Assembly: GCA_040384565.1 (NCBI GenBank)
Contig: JAZKJC010000005.1
Coordinates: 12,796-76,795, forward strand
Reading direction: 5' to 3'
Length of the DNA stretch: 64,000 nt
Source: Patescibacteria group bacterium
GTDB lineage: Bacteria > Patescibacteriota > Saccharimonadia > Saccharimonadales > JAZKJC01
Numbering within the stretch: the first letter of the stretch is position 1; each line of letters begins with the position of its first letter. The notes under the pieces are model-generated. The model worked only from the letters and a program-made list of their open reading frames with translations. It was not told the origin of the DNA and did no database searches. Both the position numbers and the translations under genes were made by a program. Shown piece by piece: positions 1 to 9,406 of this stretch.

Positions 1-408
1 AGTAAACCCAAAATTGTTATTGATACCAATGTTTTTATCTCAGCACTGGCGTTCGGAGGTAAGCCTCGCGAAATAACTAAGCTTATTGCAGACAAGTCCA
101 TTATATTGGTCATCTCCGAAGATTGTCTGAGTGAACTACGGCGTAAAATTATTTCCAAATTTCCTGAATTTATTAACGAACTGGTACGACTTGAACGGTT
201 AATGGGTCGCCGGGCTATATTTGTAAAACTTGGGCTTCCTAGCGTCACGGCTAGTCGTGATGAGGACGACAACAAATTTATCGAAACAGCCGTGCTTGGC
301 CAATGCGATTATATTGTTAGTGGCGACAAGGACTTGCTGGATGTTGGTAAGTATCGAGACATTCACATCGTAAATCCATCGGAATTTTTAAAACTTATCA
401 ATGTCTAA
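1..408 (+). CDS. PIN-domain protein (putative toxin component), 5' end cut by window edge
   Basis: Frame 1 is open from base 1 and continuous with listed ORF 106..408. KIVIDTNVFISAL near the N-terminus and DEDDNKFIETA...YIVSGDKDLL near the C-terminus fit the PIN nuclease acidic pattern. Confidence 0.6.
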   Translation, partial: SKPKIVIDTNVFISALAFGGKPREITKLIADKSIILVISEDCLSELRRKIISKFPEFINELVRLERLMGRRAIFVKLGLPSVTASRDEDDNKFIETAVLGQCDYIVSGDKDLLDVGKYRDIHIVNPSEFLKLINV

Positions 409-430
409 ATATCTACTGCCTACCTCGAGG

Positions 431-595
431 TATACCCATGTGAAATTGCTTTTCGGTTTTTAGGGTCGATGCTTTGCGAGTAAGAAAGTTTTGAGATTTT
501 ATCAGCATACCCTTGCGGTACGGTTATCAAATTTCGGAGACTTCTGGCCGGAAAGGGCGAGCCTAAAGGCCGGAAAGTAATTTCTCGTGGGTATA
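431..595 (+). repeat. Family-A long imperfect palindrome, copy A1 (MITE-like or structured-RNA element)
   Basis: Termini are TATACCCATG...CGTGGGTATA. The 26-nt outer arms pair with 22 Watson-Crick pairs, 3 G:U and 1 mismatch (hand count). It shares internal blocks with A2-A4: cttttcggtttttagggt, attttatcagc, tacggttat, aaatttcgg. Confidence 0.8.
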
Positions 596-804
596 AATGG
601 CCTTGCCATCAACATACACCGTTCCCAGTTCTTCTAACTTTTCGTACAGTAAACTTGCATAGAGTGAGTGCCAACTATCGCACACAGAACCCACTACTTT
701 ACACGTTTTATTCCTTGTGATGGGCCATGCAGGCTACTTGCTTAAGTGTGGTAATTTTTTGGCACTTTTCTCAGATAACATAAACGTTTACACTATAGGG
801 GACT

Positions 805-2241
805 ATGGAATCGACTAATAAAGCACCAAACGTGCCAATTGCTAGCTTTAAGCGAACAAAGATAATCGCTACTGTTGGGCCGTCAACTGATAGCTATGAA
901 GCTATTCTGGACATGATAAAGGCCGGCGCCAATGGAATTAGGCTTAACTTTAGCCACGGTAACCAAGAAGAACGTATTAAGCAGATTCAGTGGATACGCA
1001 AAGCCTCTAAAGAATATGGTAAGCCAGTAGCAATAATTCAGGACTTACAGGGACCAAAAATTCGGCTGGGAGACTTTGACGGCATCATAACGGTGCAAGC
1101 TGGCCAAGACCTCAGGTTTCAGTACAAAGCAGATTACGCGCTAACAGGGTATTTGCCAACTCAATATGATCTGAGTAAAAAAGTTAAACGCGGCGAGCGC
1201 ATGTATCTGTACGACGGCACAATAAAGACCACTATCACCAGCGTAAAAGATGGCGTTGTGCACGCGCGTGTAGAGAACGACGGCTTGCTGATCAAACGTA
1301 AGGGCATAAACCTACCTGACACTAATCTGGGCGGTGATATTATCACCAAAAAGGATAAGTCTGATCTGGCTTTTGGCTCGGAGCACGATATTGACTATGT
1401 CGCTCAAAGCTTTGTCCAAACTCCCCAAGATGTCAGGAATATGCGAAAACTCATAAAAAATCTAGGGATGGATGCCAAACTTATAGTGAAATTTGAAACA
1501 AGACTGGCCGTGGAACACATGGAAGCGATTGTTGAGGAGGCCGATGTTTTGATGATTGCCCGAGGAGATTTGGCGGTTGAAACCCCAGCAGAATCAGTGC
1601 CAATAGTGCAGCGCCAGCTGATTGGGCTGGGCATGAAACACGCCACGCCAACAATAGTAGCAACGCAAATGCTTTTTAGCATGACCGAGACACCTGAACC
1701 TACCCGGGCTGAAGTCTCAGATGTGGCCACAGCGGTAATAGTTGGTGCGGACTGTGTGATGTTGAGCGATGAAACCGCTAACGGTAAGTATCCTATCGAG
1801 TCAGTCGCATTTATGAAGAAAGTTATTTTGTATACTCAGGCTAACAATCCTTTACATGCCGTTTTCTCTTACGGGCATGCTCACCAAGGTAAGCAAGCGG
1901 CTATTTGTGAGGCAGTAATAAATTTAGCCGAAATGGTAAAATCTAAAGCAATTGTCACAGAAACTAAATCCGGCGCTACTGCACTTGAAATAATTTCACG
2001 CCGCCCATGGCAACCAGTTATTGCCGTGACTTCAGATGCACGGGTCGCACAGCAGCTATCTATAGTTTATGGCACTAAAGGGTTTGTGAGGCCGGTTAAC
2101 GCATTAGCAGCTGTGCGAATGACCGACTGGCTTAAACAAAAGAAAATACTAAAAAAGGGTGATATGGTGGTGACAACCTCAGGCCAATACCCAGGTGTGG
2201 TTGGCACAACGGATACTATAAAAGTACGGGTGCTGGAATAA
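805..2241 (+). CDS. pyk: pyruvate kinase
   Basis: 478-aa ORF. KIIATVGPS, GANGIRLNFSHG and MIARGDLAVE motifs are typical of pyruvate kinase. Confidence 0.9.
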   Translation: MESTNKAPNVPIASFKRTKIIATVGPSTDSYEAILDMIKAGANGIRLNFSHGNQEERIKQIQWIRKASKEYGKPVAIIQDLQGPKIRLGDFDGIITVQAGQDLRFQYKADYALTGYLPTQYDLSKKVKRGERMYLYDGTIKTTITSVKDGVVHARVENDGLLIKRKGINLPDTNLGGDIITKKDKSDLAFGSEHDIDYVAQSFVQTPQDVRNMRKLIKNLGMDAKLIVKFETRLAVEHMEAIVEEADVLMIARGDLAVETPAESVPIVQRQLIGLGMKHATPTIVATQMLFSMTETPEPTRAEVSDVATAVIVGADCVMLSDETANGKYPIESVAFMKKVILYTQANNPLHAVFSYGHAHQGKQAAICEAVINLAEMVKSKAIVTETKSGATALEIISRRPWQPVIAVTSDARVAQQLSIVYGTKGFVRPVNALAAVRMTDWLKQKKILKKGDMVVTTSGQYPGVVGTTDTIKVRVLE

Positions 2242-2306
2242 GAAATATGGAATACGAAATGTGGGAAAGCAAGTATCAACTTAGGTGCTTGTTTGATTCT
2301 CTTTTC
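2242..2306 (+). repeat. imperfect heptamer array (gaaatat ggaatac gaaatgt gggaaag) plus pyrimidine partner arm
   Basis: Four 7-nt units start directly after the pyk stop codon. The purine arm 2256-2273 can pair with cttgtttgattctcttttc (2288-2306), mostly through G:U pairs on the plus strand. Confidence 0.35.
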
Positions 2307-2323
2307 TGGGAGCGAAGCGACTA

Positions 2324-3625
2324 ATGGGCTTCTGGAAAAAAACCGTTAATGACATAGATATCGATAACAAGCGGGTATTATTACGAGTTGACTACAATGT
2401 GCCAATGGATGAATCCGGCGATATTACTGATGATTACCGGCTTCAGAAATCTTTGCCAACTATAGAATATTTGCTGGAACACGGCTGTAGCCTGGTATTG
2501 GCATCCCATTTGGGCCGTCCGGATGGCAAGGTTGACCTGGCTTTTAGTTTAGAGCCAGTCGCCAAGCGTCTTAGTAAACTTTTAGGCAAAGAGGTTATTT
2601 TTCTAAAATCATGCGTCGGCGAAGCCGTATCCAAAGCTACAGCTGATGCCAAACCAGGACAAATTTTTATGCTGGAAAACGTCCGCTTTTATAAGGAAGA
2701 AGAAATCAATGACGAAGAGTTTGGCAAGCGGTTGGCTGAGGATAGCCATGCAGAGGTCTTTGTACAGGACTGCTTTGGGGTAGTGCATCGGGCGCACGCG
2801 TCAATTGTTGCGGTTACCCACTATTTGCCCAGTGTAGCGGGGCTGCTTGTGGAAAATGAGGTAACTACTATTCTAGGGGTTATGGACAATCCCCAGCGCC
2901 CCCTTATGGCCATAATTGGCGGGGCAAAAATAAGTGACAAAATTGACGCCTTGAACCGCTTTATAGATATTGCCGATTTTGTGGCGGTGGGCGGGGCAAT
3001 GGCAAATACGTTTTTGTTGGCTCAAGGCTTCAAAATTGGCAAGAGTGTGGCTGAACCCAAAGAAATCGCGACAGCTAAAAAAATCCTTAAACGGGCAGAG
3101 GCCAAAATCAAAGAACAAAACTTTATATTCTATTTGCCACAAGACGGTGTAGTGGCAACCAGTCTGGATAGAACCGCACAGACCAGGATTGTTGATTGGG
3201 ATGCTCATGTGATAGCCGCTATAGAAAACTATCCTAGACAAGCCCCCAGGCGTACAGAGCATGTGCTGGCGGACGAACTCATCCTGGATATTGGACCATT
3301 TTCCGGGGCTTTTATTGCTGGGGGTATGCAGCTTGCCAAGACCGTCATCTGGAATGGGGCAATGGGTGTAACCGAAACTAAGGCTCTGCATGGGCCAGTA
3401 GGGCCATTCGCTCACGGCACGGAGCTGGTAGTGGACGCAATGCTTGGTGAATACGGCCATAAGCCTTTTACGGTGTTGGGTGGTGGCGATACGGTGAGCT
3501 ATATTGAAGACCGCAAACTAACTGATTGCTTTGACCATGTCTCAACTGGCGGTGGGGCTAGCATGGAGCTGATGAGTGGCAAAAGTTTACCTGGCGTAGA
3601 CGCACTTATGGACAAGGATGGTTAA
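2324..3625 (+). CDS. pgk: phosphoglycerate kinase
   Basis: 433-aa ORF. RVDYNVP, SHLGRPDG and C-terminal GGGDTVS...STGGGAS motifs. Confidence 0.9.
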   Translation: MGFWKKTVNDIDIDNKRVLLRVDYNVPMDESGDITDDYRLQKSLPTIEYLLEHGCSLVLASHLGRPDGKVDLAFSLEPVAKRLSKLLGKEVIFLKSCVGEAVSKATADAKPGQIFMLENVRFYKEEEINDEEFGKRLAEDSHAEVFVQDCFGVVHRAHASIVAVTHYLPSVAGLLVENEVTTILGVMDNPQRPLMAIIGGAKISDKIDALNRFIDIADFVAVGGAMANTFLLAQGFKIGKSVAEPKEIATAKKILKRAEAKIKEQNFIFYLPQDGVVATSLDRTAQTRIVDWDAHVIAAIENYPRQAPRRTEHVLADELILDIGPFSGAFIAGGMQLAKTVIWNGAMGVTETKALHGPVGPFAHGTELVVDAMLGEYGHKPFTVLGGGDTVSYIEDRKLTDCFDHVSTGGGASMELMSGKSLPGVDALMDKDG

Positions 3626-3695
3626 AACCACTCCGGGCTGCTCATTCCCTGTATAATCGTGTACAATAAACCTAAGCATAAGTAGTATGAATTAA

Positions 3696-4496
3696 ATGAA
3701 CAAAACGCTGATAGTTGGAAACTGGAAAATGAACAATGATGTGCACCAAGCTAGCTTGCTGGTGCATCGTTTATCCAGTGAAGTAAGAATTCATCGTGAT
3801 ATTGAGATTGTTTTAGCACCGAGCTTTGTATGCCTGCAGCCAGTTGCCTTGCAGCTGGATCATCGCAAATTTCGTCTGGCTGCCCAGAACGCATATCACA
3901 AAGACGAAGGTGCTTTTACCGGAGAAATTAGCTTTAATATGCTGAGAGGAATTGTGGATTACGCTATAGTTGGGCATTCTGACAGGCGTTATAAGTTTGG
4001 TGAAAGTCTGGAAACAATTCGGGATAAGGTTGCAGCAAGCGTGCGCAACAATATAACCCCCATTCTCTGCGTAGGAGAGACTAAGCAAGAACGGCTGGAC
4101 AAAGAAACCCGACAGGTATTGCACGATCAAGTCACAACTGCCCTGAGTGACCTGACAGCCGAAGAAGTAGAGGGCATGGTAATAGCCTACGAGCCAGTCT
4201 GGGCGCTTAGTAATGGCAAAGATTTTGCTCACCACGAAATTCCTACTCCTGATCTAATCAAAAATGCTATAGCGGTAATCCGTAATAATATCCGTCATCT
4301 GTATGGCAAGGAAGTCGCCGAAAACGTCCGAATTTTGTATGGCGGCAGTTCCAGCTCTTCCACAGCCTACGGGCTTTTAGCTGTCCCGGGCGTAAACGGG
4401 CTATTGGTCGGCGGCGCTAGCCTAAATTACAAAGAATTCGCAGGTATTGCCGAGGCAGCTTATGGCGTTAAGCACAAGGCAGATAATCATGGCTAG
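3696..4496 (+). CDS. tpiA: triose-phosphate isomerase
   Basis: 266-aa ORF. GNWKMN, VGHSDRR, AYEPVWA and YGGS motifs. Confidence 0.9.
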   Translation: MNKTLIVGNWKMNNDVHQASLLVHRLSSEVRIHRDIEIVLAPSFVCLQPVALQLDHRKFRLAAQNAYHKDEGAFTGEISFNMLRGIVDYAIVGHSDRRYKFGESLETIRDKVAASVRNNITPILCVGETKQERLDKETRQVLHDQVTTALSDLTAEEVEGMVIAYEPVWALSNGKDFAHHEIPTPDLIKNAIAVIRNNIRHLYGKEVAENVRILYGGSSSSSTAYGLLAVPGVNGLLVGGASLNYKEFAGIAEAAYGVKHKADNHG

Positions 4497-5094
4497 TGAA
4501 AAAGATACTAAGAAGTCCATGGACATCTCACGTCCAGGAAAAACCCCACCAGATGAATCATCGCGGCCTGTTGTTGTATCTCACCGCCCAATGATGCAAG
4601 ATCCCATGATGATCAAGACTGACACAAAAGCACCAGAAGAAGAAACCCCAGCAACTAAATCCATAGAACCACCAAGCCATAGCAGTAAAGTTATTCAACC
4701 ACTGAACGAACAAGCTTCGGAAGATGATAATAAAACGCCAGCTAATACTGTGGAAGAAATAGAATCCACCACCAAAGATGAAGAAACCAAAGCGCCAGAA
4801 TCAAGCGAATCCGCAGTAGTAGATGCCGTTGTTGACCAAGTGGGCGCTGGCAAGAAAAAGGGCGGTGGTCTTAGCGAGGCCGATAAAGCCAAGCAAGATG
4901 CCTTGCAAAAACTTATCACCGAAAAAAAGTACTTTTTGCCAATTGGCCATGGACATCATAGCGGTAAGAAATCCAGCCCAATAGCTTTGATATTACTTGT
5001 CTTATTAGTTGCAGCCGCAGGTTTCTATCTGGCAGTCGATGCCGGCCTAATAGGCTCAAACATTAAATTACCAATCGATATTATTAAATCTTAA
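4489..5094 (+). CDS. hypothetical tail-anchored low-complexity protein
   Basis: The in-frame ATG at 4489 overlaps the tpiA stop (ATGGCTAG). The body is acidic and Lys/Pro-rich, with a single C-terminal TM helix (IALILLVLLVAAAGFYLAV). Confidence 0.5.
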   Translation: MASEKDTKKSMDISRPGKTPPDESSRPVVVSHRPMMQDPMMIKTDTKAPEEETPATKSIEPPSHSSKVIQPLNEQASEDDNKTPANTVEEIESTTKDEETKAPESSESAVVDAVVDQVGAGKKKGGGLSEADKAKQDALQKLITEKKYFLPIGHGHHSGKKSSPIALILLVLLVAAAGFYLAVDAGLIGSNIKLPIDIIKS

Positions 5095-5148
5095 GAATTT
5101 CAAATTAGCGGCTTGATAAATAAGTATTGCTGTGTATTTTCGAGCCAC

Positions 5149-5157
5149 TGTTAAAAT
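5149..5157 (+). promoter_or_regulatory. extended -10 box TGtTAAAAT, 6 nt before the GTG start of the helicase gene
   Basis: tgttaaaat is followed by gattaa and then GTG at 5164. The spacing fits a leaderless transcript. Confidence 0.35.
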
Positions 5158-5163
5158 GATTAA

Positions 5164-7323
5164 GTGTTAGAAAATCTATTGATAGGACTAAATCCAGAAC
5201 AGCAACGGGCGGTGGAGACTACTGAGGGTCCACTGCTAATATTGGCCGGAGCAGGCACTGGCAAGACCAAGACACTGACGCACCGGATTGCCAATTTGAT
5301 TGCTAGCCGCCGCGCCACGCCGTTTAATATTTTGGCAGTTACGTTTACTAATAAAGCCGCCAAAGAAATGCGCGAGCGGGTGGCAGCACTTATAGGTGAT
5401 AATGCCCAAAACCGATCTTTTATGCCTTACATGGGTACATTTCACGGTATTTGCGTGAGGATTCTTAGGCAAGATGGTGAATATGCCTCTGTCCCTAAAA
5501 ACTTTGTGATTTTTGATGAGGGTGATCGCCAGAGTGCCATTAAGCAAGCCAGCAAGCAGCTAATGCTGGATGAAAAGTCTTTTCCTGCACGTACGCTCTC
5601 CAGCCTGATCAGCAGTGCCAAAAATGAACTAATAAGCCCTGTAGACTTTGTGGGTAAGGGCAGCGGACCTGTGCATGCAGCCGCTGCCAAGGTTTATCCG
5701 CTTTACCAAAAAATCCTCAAAGATAACGGTGCGCTGGATTTTGACGATCTTATCGGCAGAGTTGTCCATATGCTGCAAACTAATCAAGAAATTCGAACCA
5801 AATGGCAGACACAGTTTGCCTACATCATGATTGACGAGTATCAGGATACTAACGCAGCCCAATATAAACTCATTAAACTGCTTACCAACGACAAGCATAA
5901 TATAGCTGTGGTTGGGGATGACTGGCAATCAATATATTCGTGGAGAGGTGCGGATTTCCGTAATATCCTAAACTTCGAGAAAGATTATCCAAAGGCAACA
6001 ATTATCAAGCTGGAGCAAAACTACCGCAGCACCAAAGCAATTCTGGATGCCGCTCACGCTGTCATCACCAAAAACGCTCAGCGGTCTGACAAAAAACTAT
6101 GGACTGACGCGGGCATGGGCAAGCCGCTGCAGATTATGCAAGTCCAAAGCGAACGTGCCGAGGGCGAATCCATTATCCGTCGCATTAAAACAGCCACGGA
6201 CTTACGCGCCCAGAACTTTAATGATTTCGCGGTGTTGTACCGTACCAATGCTCAAAGCCGCGCGGTGGAAGAGTCTTTTATACGCTACGGTATACCTTAT
6301 AAAATTGTCGGCGGCCAGCGCTTTTATGACCGCAAGGAAATAAAAGACATCATGGCGTATTTACGTCTAATCTATCAACCAAATGACCGTGTCAGTTTTG
6401 AGCGCGTCGTAAATGTGCCAACCCGGGGCATCGGCACTAAATCCGTAGAAAATTTCTATTCCTGGATGGCTGTACAAGGACAGTCCTTGTACAGTAGCCT
6501 TGGGCGGGTAGCCGAATGTAATGAGCTGACTACTAAGGCTCGTAATGGCTTATCAGAACTTGGAAATATATTGGAAAGTTTCCGCGAGCTTATGGACACG
6601 ACACCCTTGCCAGTGTTGTTAGACAGCTTGATCAGGCGGATTGACTATATGGCTTATCTGGATGATAAAACGCCGCAAGGAGAGGCCAGGCAAGAGAACG
6701 TTCGTGAGCTATTAAGCGTGGCTAAAAGCTACCAGGAATTCGGGTTGGAGGGCTTTTTGGAAGAAACCTCTCTAATTAGCGATATTGACAGTGCGGATTT
6801 TGGTTCCAACGCAGTAACCTTGATGACTCTACATGCCGCAAAGGGTCTGGAGTTCCCGGTAGTGTTCATGGTTGGAATGGAAGAAACCATCTTTCCTCAC
6901 TCCCGGGCAATGTATAACCAGTCCGAGATGGAAGAAGAGCGCAGGTTGTGCTACGTAGGCATGACCAGGGCAAAAGAAGAGTTATATCTCCTACATGCTA
7001 CAAGCCGCTTGCTATACGGCGGCATGCAGCATAATCCACCCAGCAGGTTTTTGAGTGAGATAGACGGCGAAGTACATTTGGCCTCCGGCCTAGACAACGA
7101 CTTCTCTAAGCTTTCCCATTTCCAAGATTTCCAAGGCCCGGCCTTGGAAATAGCGGGCGAACCACGTTATATTCCTGAGCTATTGGAGGGGGATGGTGTT
7201 AAACACCAACTGTTTGGAATGGGCACTGTGCTGGAGATAGAGGGCGACAACGCTACCATCTATTTCAAAGGCAAAGGTACAAAGAAATTGAATGTAGCTT
7301 TCGCGCCGTTGGAAAAGTTGTGA
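5164..7323 (+). CDS. pcrA: ATP-dependent DNA helicase, UvrD/PcrA family
   Basis: 719-aa ORF. Walker A AGAGTGKT, DEYQDTN, QNYRST and TLMTLHAAKGLEF superfamily-1 helicase motifs. Confidence 0.85.
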   Translation: MLENLLIGLNPEQQRAVETTEGPLLILAGAGTGKTKTLTHRIANLIASRRATPFNILAVTFTNKAAKEMRERVAALIGDNAQNRSFMPYMGTFHGICVRILRQDGEYASVPKNFVIFDEGDRQSAIKQASKQLMLDEKSFPARTLSSLISSAKNELISPVDFVGKGSGPVHAAAAKVYPLYQKILKDNGALDFDDLIGRVVHMLQTNQEIRTKWQTQFAYIMIDEYQDTNAAQYKLIKLLTNDKHNIAVVGDDWQSIYSWRGADFRNILNFEKDYPKATIIKLEQNYRSTKAILDAAHAVITKNAQRSDKKLWTDAGMGKPLQIMQVQSERAEGESIIRRIKTATDLRAQNFNDFAVLYRTNAQSRAVEESFIRYGIPYKIVGGQRFYDRKEIKDIMAYLRLIYQPNDRVSFERVVNVPTRGIGTKSVENFYSWMAVQGQSLYSSLGRVAECNELTTKARNGLSELGNILESFRELMDTTPLPVLLDSLIRRIDYMAYLDDKTPQGEARQENVRELLSVAKSYQEFGLEGFLEETSLISDIDSADFGSNAVTLMTLHAAKGLEFPVVFMVGMEETIFPHSRAMYNQSEMEEERRLCYVGMTRAKEELYLLHATSRLLYGGMQHNPPSRFLSEIDGEVHLASGLDNDFSKLSHFQDFQGPALEIAGEPRYIPELLEGDGVKHQLFGMGTVLEIEGDNATIYFKGKGTKKLNVAFAPLEKL

Positions 7324-7829
7324 AATCTTTGTGGCAAAAACTCGGCACGGCTGCTTTCTGGGCTAGCTGGCCTTTGCTTTGGATTTATTTGCGGGTTACT
7401 AAAAGGACTCGCCTACTGCTGGTTTGCGGAGATGAATTTCTGGCAGTACGGGGATGGCTCAGTAGTGGTAAATGGGGATTGCCAGGAGGTGGCTTGCGCT
7501 GGAAAGAAGATCCTCACGTGGGAACACTGCGGGAACTACATGAAGAAACAAATGTAGTATTAACCGCCAAACAGTTGCGTTTCATGTTTGAAAAAAGATA
7601 TAAAGAATATGGGTTGCCTATTGATTGCTACTGTTTTTTCGCAGAAATTAAAAAAAAGCCCTCTATAAAACCAAGATTATTTGAAATTACGGATGTCCAC
7701 TGGTTGCCGCTTAAAAACAAAGAAAGTTTTACAAAAGATGCTGCATCGGCACTGTCATGGTGGCAAAATCCCAGGAATGCGTCTAAAAAATTAGCTTCTA
7801 AATCTGATTCATCCTTACCCCATAACTAA
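7320..7829 (+). CDS. Nudix hydrolase
   Basis: Nudix box GGGLRWKEDPHVGTLRELHEETN. The GTG start overlaps the helicase stop (GTGA). Confidence 0.75.
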   Translation: MKSLWQKLGTAAFWASWPLLWIYLRVTKRTRLLLVCGDEFLAVRGWLSSGKWGLPGGGLRWKEDPHVGTLRELHEETNVVLTAKQLRFMFEKRYKEYGLPIDCYCFFAEIKKKPSIKPRLFEITDVHWLPLKNKESFTKDAASALSWWQNPRNASKKLASKSDSSLPHN

Positions 7830-7917
7830 CAGTTTAGACAGCTCCCGGGCGATTTGTTACACTAAAGGATGGCTCAGGTGAGTACTGTTTGTTAATTCTG
7901 TCACCAACCAACTGGCT

Positions 7918-9102
7918 ATGAATAAGAAAAAACTATCTATAAGACAGGGCTTAAAAGCTCGTGGTGTCCACAAGCATCCTTTTGTGGTGCCGGTGATAAC
8001 GCTTGTTGTTTTGAGTTTTTTATCGATGATTGCATCTGTGGTTCTAAATAGCCAAACTATCGGAGCAGCTGATACCCACATTGTCCAATTATCGCTGGAC
8101 GGTGAGAAACAAAATGTATCGACACGCGCAAAAAACGTAGAGGAATTTCTGACACGTGTACAAGTTAATCTACAAGACGGTGATGTAGTTGAGCCAGCCC
8201 AAGATACACCCATTGAAGATGATAATTTTAGGATCAATATCTACCGGGCTCGACCAGTAACAATTTTTGACGGCGAAAAAAGGATTCTGGCTTTAAGCGC
8301 GGCCACCACTCCGCGCAGCGTAGCGGCGCAGGTGGGCATAGAGGTTTTCCCGGAAGATAAGCTCAAACAAAACGTTTCAGATGACTTGCTGCGTGACCAG
8401 GTTATCGGTGAAAAAATTGTGATTGAACGGGCAACTCTAACCAACCTTAACCTTTACGGTACGCCGGTGGCGGTTCGTACGCACGCGAAGACAGTTGGCG
8501 AACTTTTGAAAGAAAAAAACATCATTCTGGCAAACGGGGATACGGTGCAGCCTGAAGCTACAACACCAGTGAAGTTAAACCTACAAGTTTTTGTGACGAG
8601 GTTTGGCACCCAAATTATCACTAGTGAAGAATCGATTCCCATGAAAACGGAAATTATTGAAGATACTTCCCTTAGCTTTGGCACAGTCGCCATCAGGCAA
8701 AAAGGCAGCCCCGGCAAAAAAATGGTGACCTATCAACTGGAGCTGCAAAACGGCAAAGAAGTAACTCGTCACATTATACAAGAGGTACGGATACTTGAAC
8801 CCGTAACGCAAATTACTGCCCGCGGAGCGCAAGGATCATTTGGCCAAGCACTAGCACTCTTAAGAAAATGTGAATCAGGCGGAAATTACGCTATAAATAC
8901 TGGCAATGGTTTCTACGGAGCTTACCAATTTGATCAAAGTACATGGCAAAGCAATGCGCCCCCTCCTTATAACACACAACGACCAGATCAAACACCACCC
9001 GATATTCAGGATATAGCCGCAACCACATTGTATAAACGACGTGGCTGGCAGCCATGGCCTGGTTGCACGTCAAAATTTGGCCTTCAGGATATTTACCGCT
9101 GA
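7918..9102 (+). CDS. rpfB: RpfB-like resuscitation-promoting-factor / transglycosylase-like wall hydrolase
   Basis: N-terminal signal anchor and repeated DUF348-like segments, then a G5-like segment. The C-terminus carries CESGGNYAINTGNGFYGAYQFDQSTW (Rpf/transglycosylase-like motif). Confidence 0.7.
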   Translation: MNKKKLSIRQGLKARGVHKHPFVVPVITLVVLSFLSMIASVVLNSQTIGAADTHIVQLSLDGEKQNVSTRAKNVEEFLTRVQVNLQDGDVVEPAQDTPIEDDNFRINIYRARPVTIFDGEKRILALSAATTPRSVAAQVGIEVFPEDKLKQNVSDDLLRDQVIGEKIVIERATLTNLNLYGTPVAVRTHAKTVGELLKEKNIILANGDTVQPEATTPVKLNLQVFVTRFGTQIITSEESIPMKTEIIEDTSLSFGTVAIRQKGSPGKKMVTYQLELQNGKEVTRHIIQEVRILEPVTQITARGAQGSFGQALALLRKCESGGNYAINTGNGFYGAYQFDQSTWQSNAPPPYNTQRPDQTPPDIQDIAATTLYKRRGWQPWPGCTSKFGLQDIYR

Positions 9103-9338
9103 ATCTATGGTTGCTTATGCGCGGAAACATGGCGGTTGATAAGGCTCCTACAATTACTGGGTTGCCCACCATCATTGGTAGTAATAATGAGAGAACCGGG
9201 ATAGGTTCTCTCACCCTACCCCACGAAACAGGCAGTTTCATGGGGACCCCGTATCGCTCAGGGAAATGTGCTCCATTTCTCTGGCTGCTCTTTCCTGAAG
9301 CGGAAAACAAAAAGCCCGGGGAAACCCGGGCTTTTTGT
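9103..9338 (+). ncRNA. structured non-coding region (candidate sRNA or structured 3' UTR) ending in an intrinsic terminator
   Basis: No credible ORF is present. Consecutive hairpins are gagagaacc/ggttctctc (9189-9212), ccccacgaaac/gtttcatgggg (9218-9245) and gggaaatg/catttctc. The region ends with a GNRA-capped terminator. Confidence 0.3.
9309..9338 (+). terminator. rho-independent terminator
   Basis: gcccggg-GAAA-cccgggc is a perfect 7-bp GC stem with a GAAA loop, followed by tttttgtt. Confidence 0.7.
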
Positions 9339-9390
9339 TGCTTAAAATTTGGTGCTGTAGTTAGCAGGTTTCCAAGATGCAATTCCTCTC

Positions 9391-9399
9391 TGTTATAAT
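9391..9399 (+). promoter_or_regulatory. extended -10 box TGtTATAAT, 7 nt before the rsmA ATG
   Basis: tgttataat is followed by cagccag and then ATG 9407. This implies a leaderless rsmA mRNA. Confidence 0.45.
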
Positions 9400-9406
9400 C
9401 AGCCAG

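Noticed and set aside
596-770. Minus-strand open frame (...TCKVVGSVCDSWHSLYASLLYEKLEELGTVYVDGKAIY...) running into the right arm of A1
   Set aside because: It has no start codon, no recognisable family, and ends inside the repeat. It may be a relic disrupted by the element, but this cannot be supported from sequence alone.
2873-3460. Long antisense ORFs inside well-supported genes (e.g. 2873..3460, 3813..4235, 11090..11590, 37018..37542, 41988..42452, 50028..50480)
   Set aside because: Each lies fully within a gene with clear family motifs on the opposite strand and has low-complexity or hydrophobic-junk translations. These are typical shadow ORFs.
9103-9310. Possible SRP (4.5S) RNA on the minus strand, because of GGAAAGAGCAGCC
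   Set aside because: The AGCAGCC-like string lies on the wrong side of the putative tetraloop. The 5'-side AGG loop and the closing helices of domain IV could not be built, so there is no convincing fit by eye.
8891-9398. Listed ORFs 9054..9398 (+) and 8891..9382 (-)
   Set aside because: They overlap each other and the 3' end of rpfB, and they run through a terminator hairpin and a promoter. Their composition is not protein-like. The region is better explained as structured non-coding RNA.
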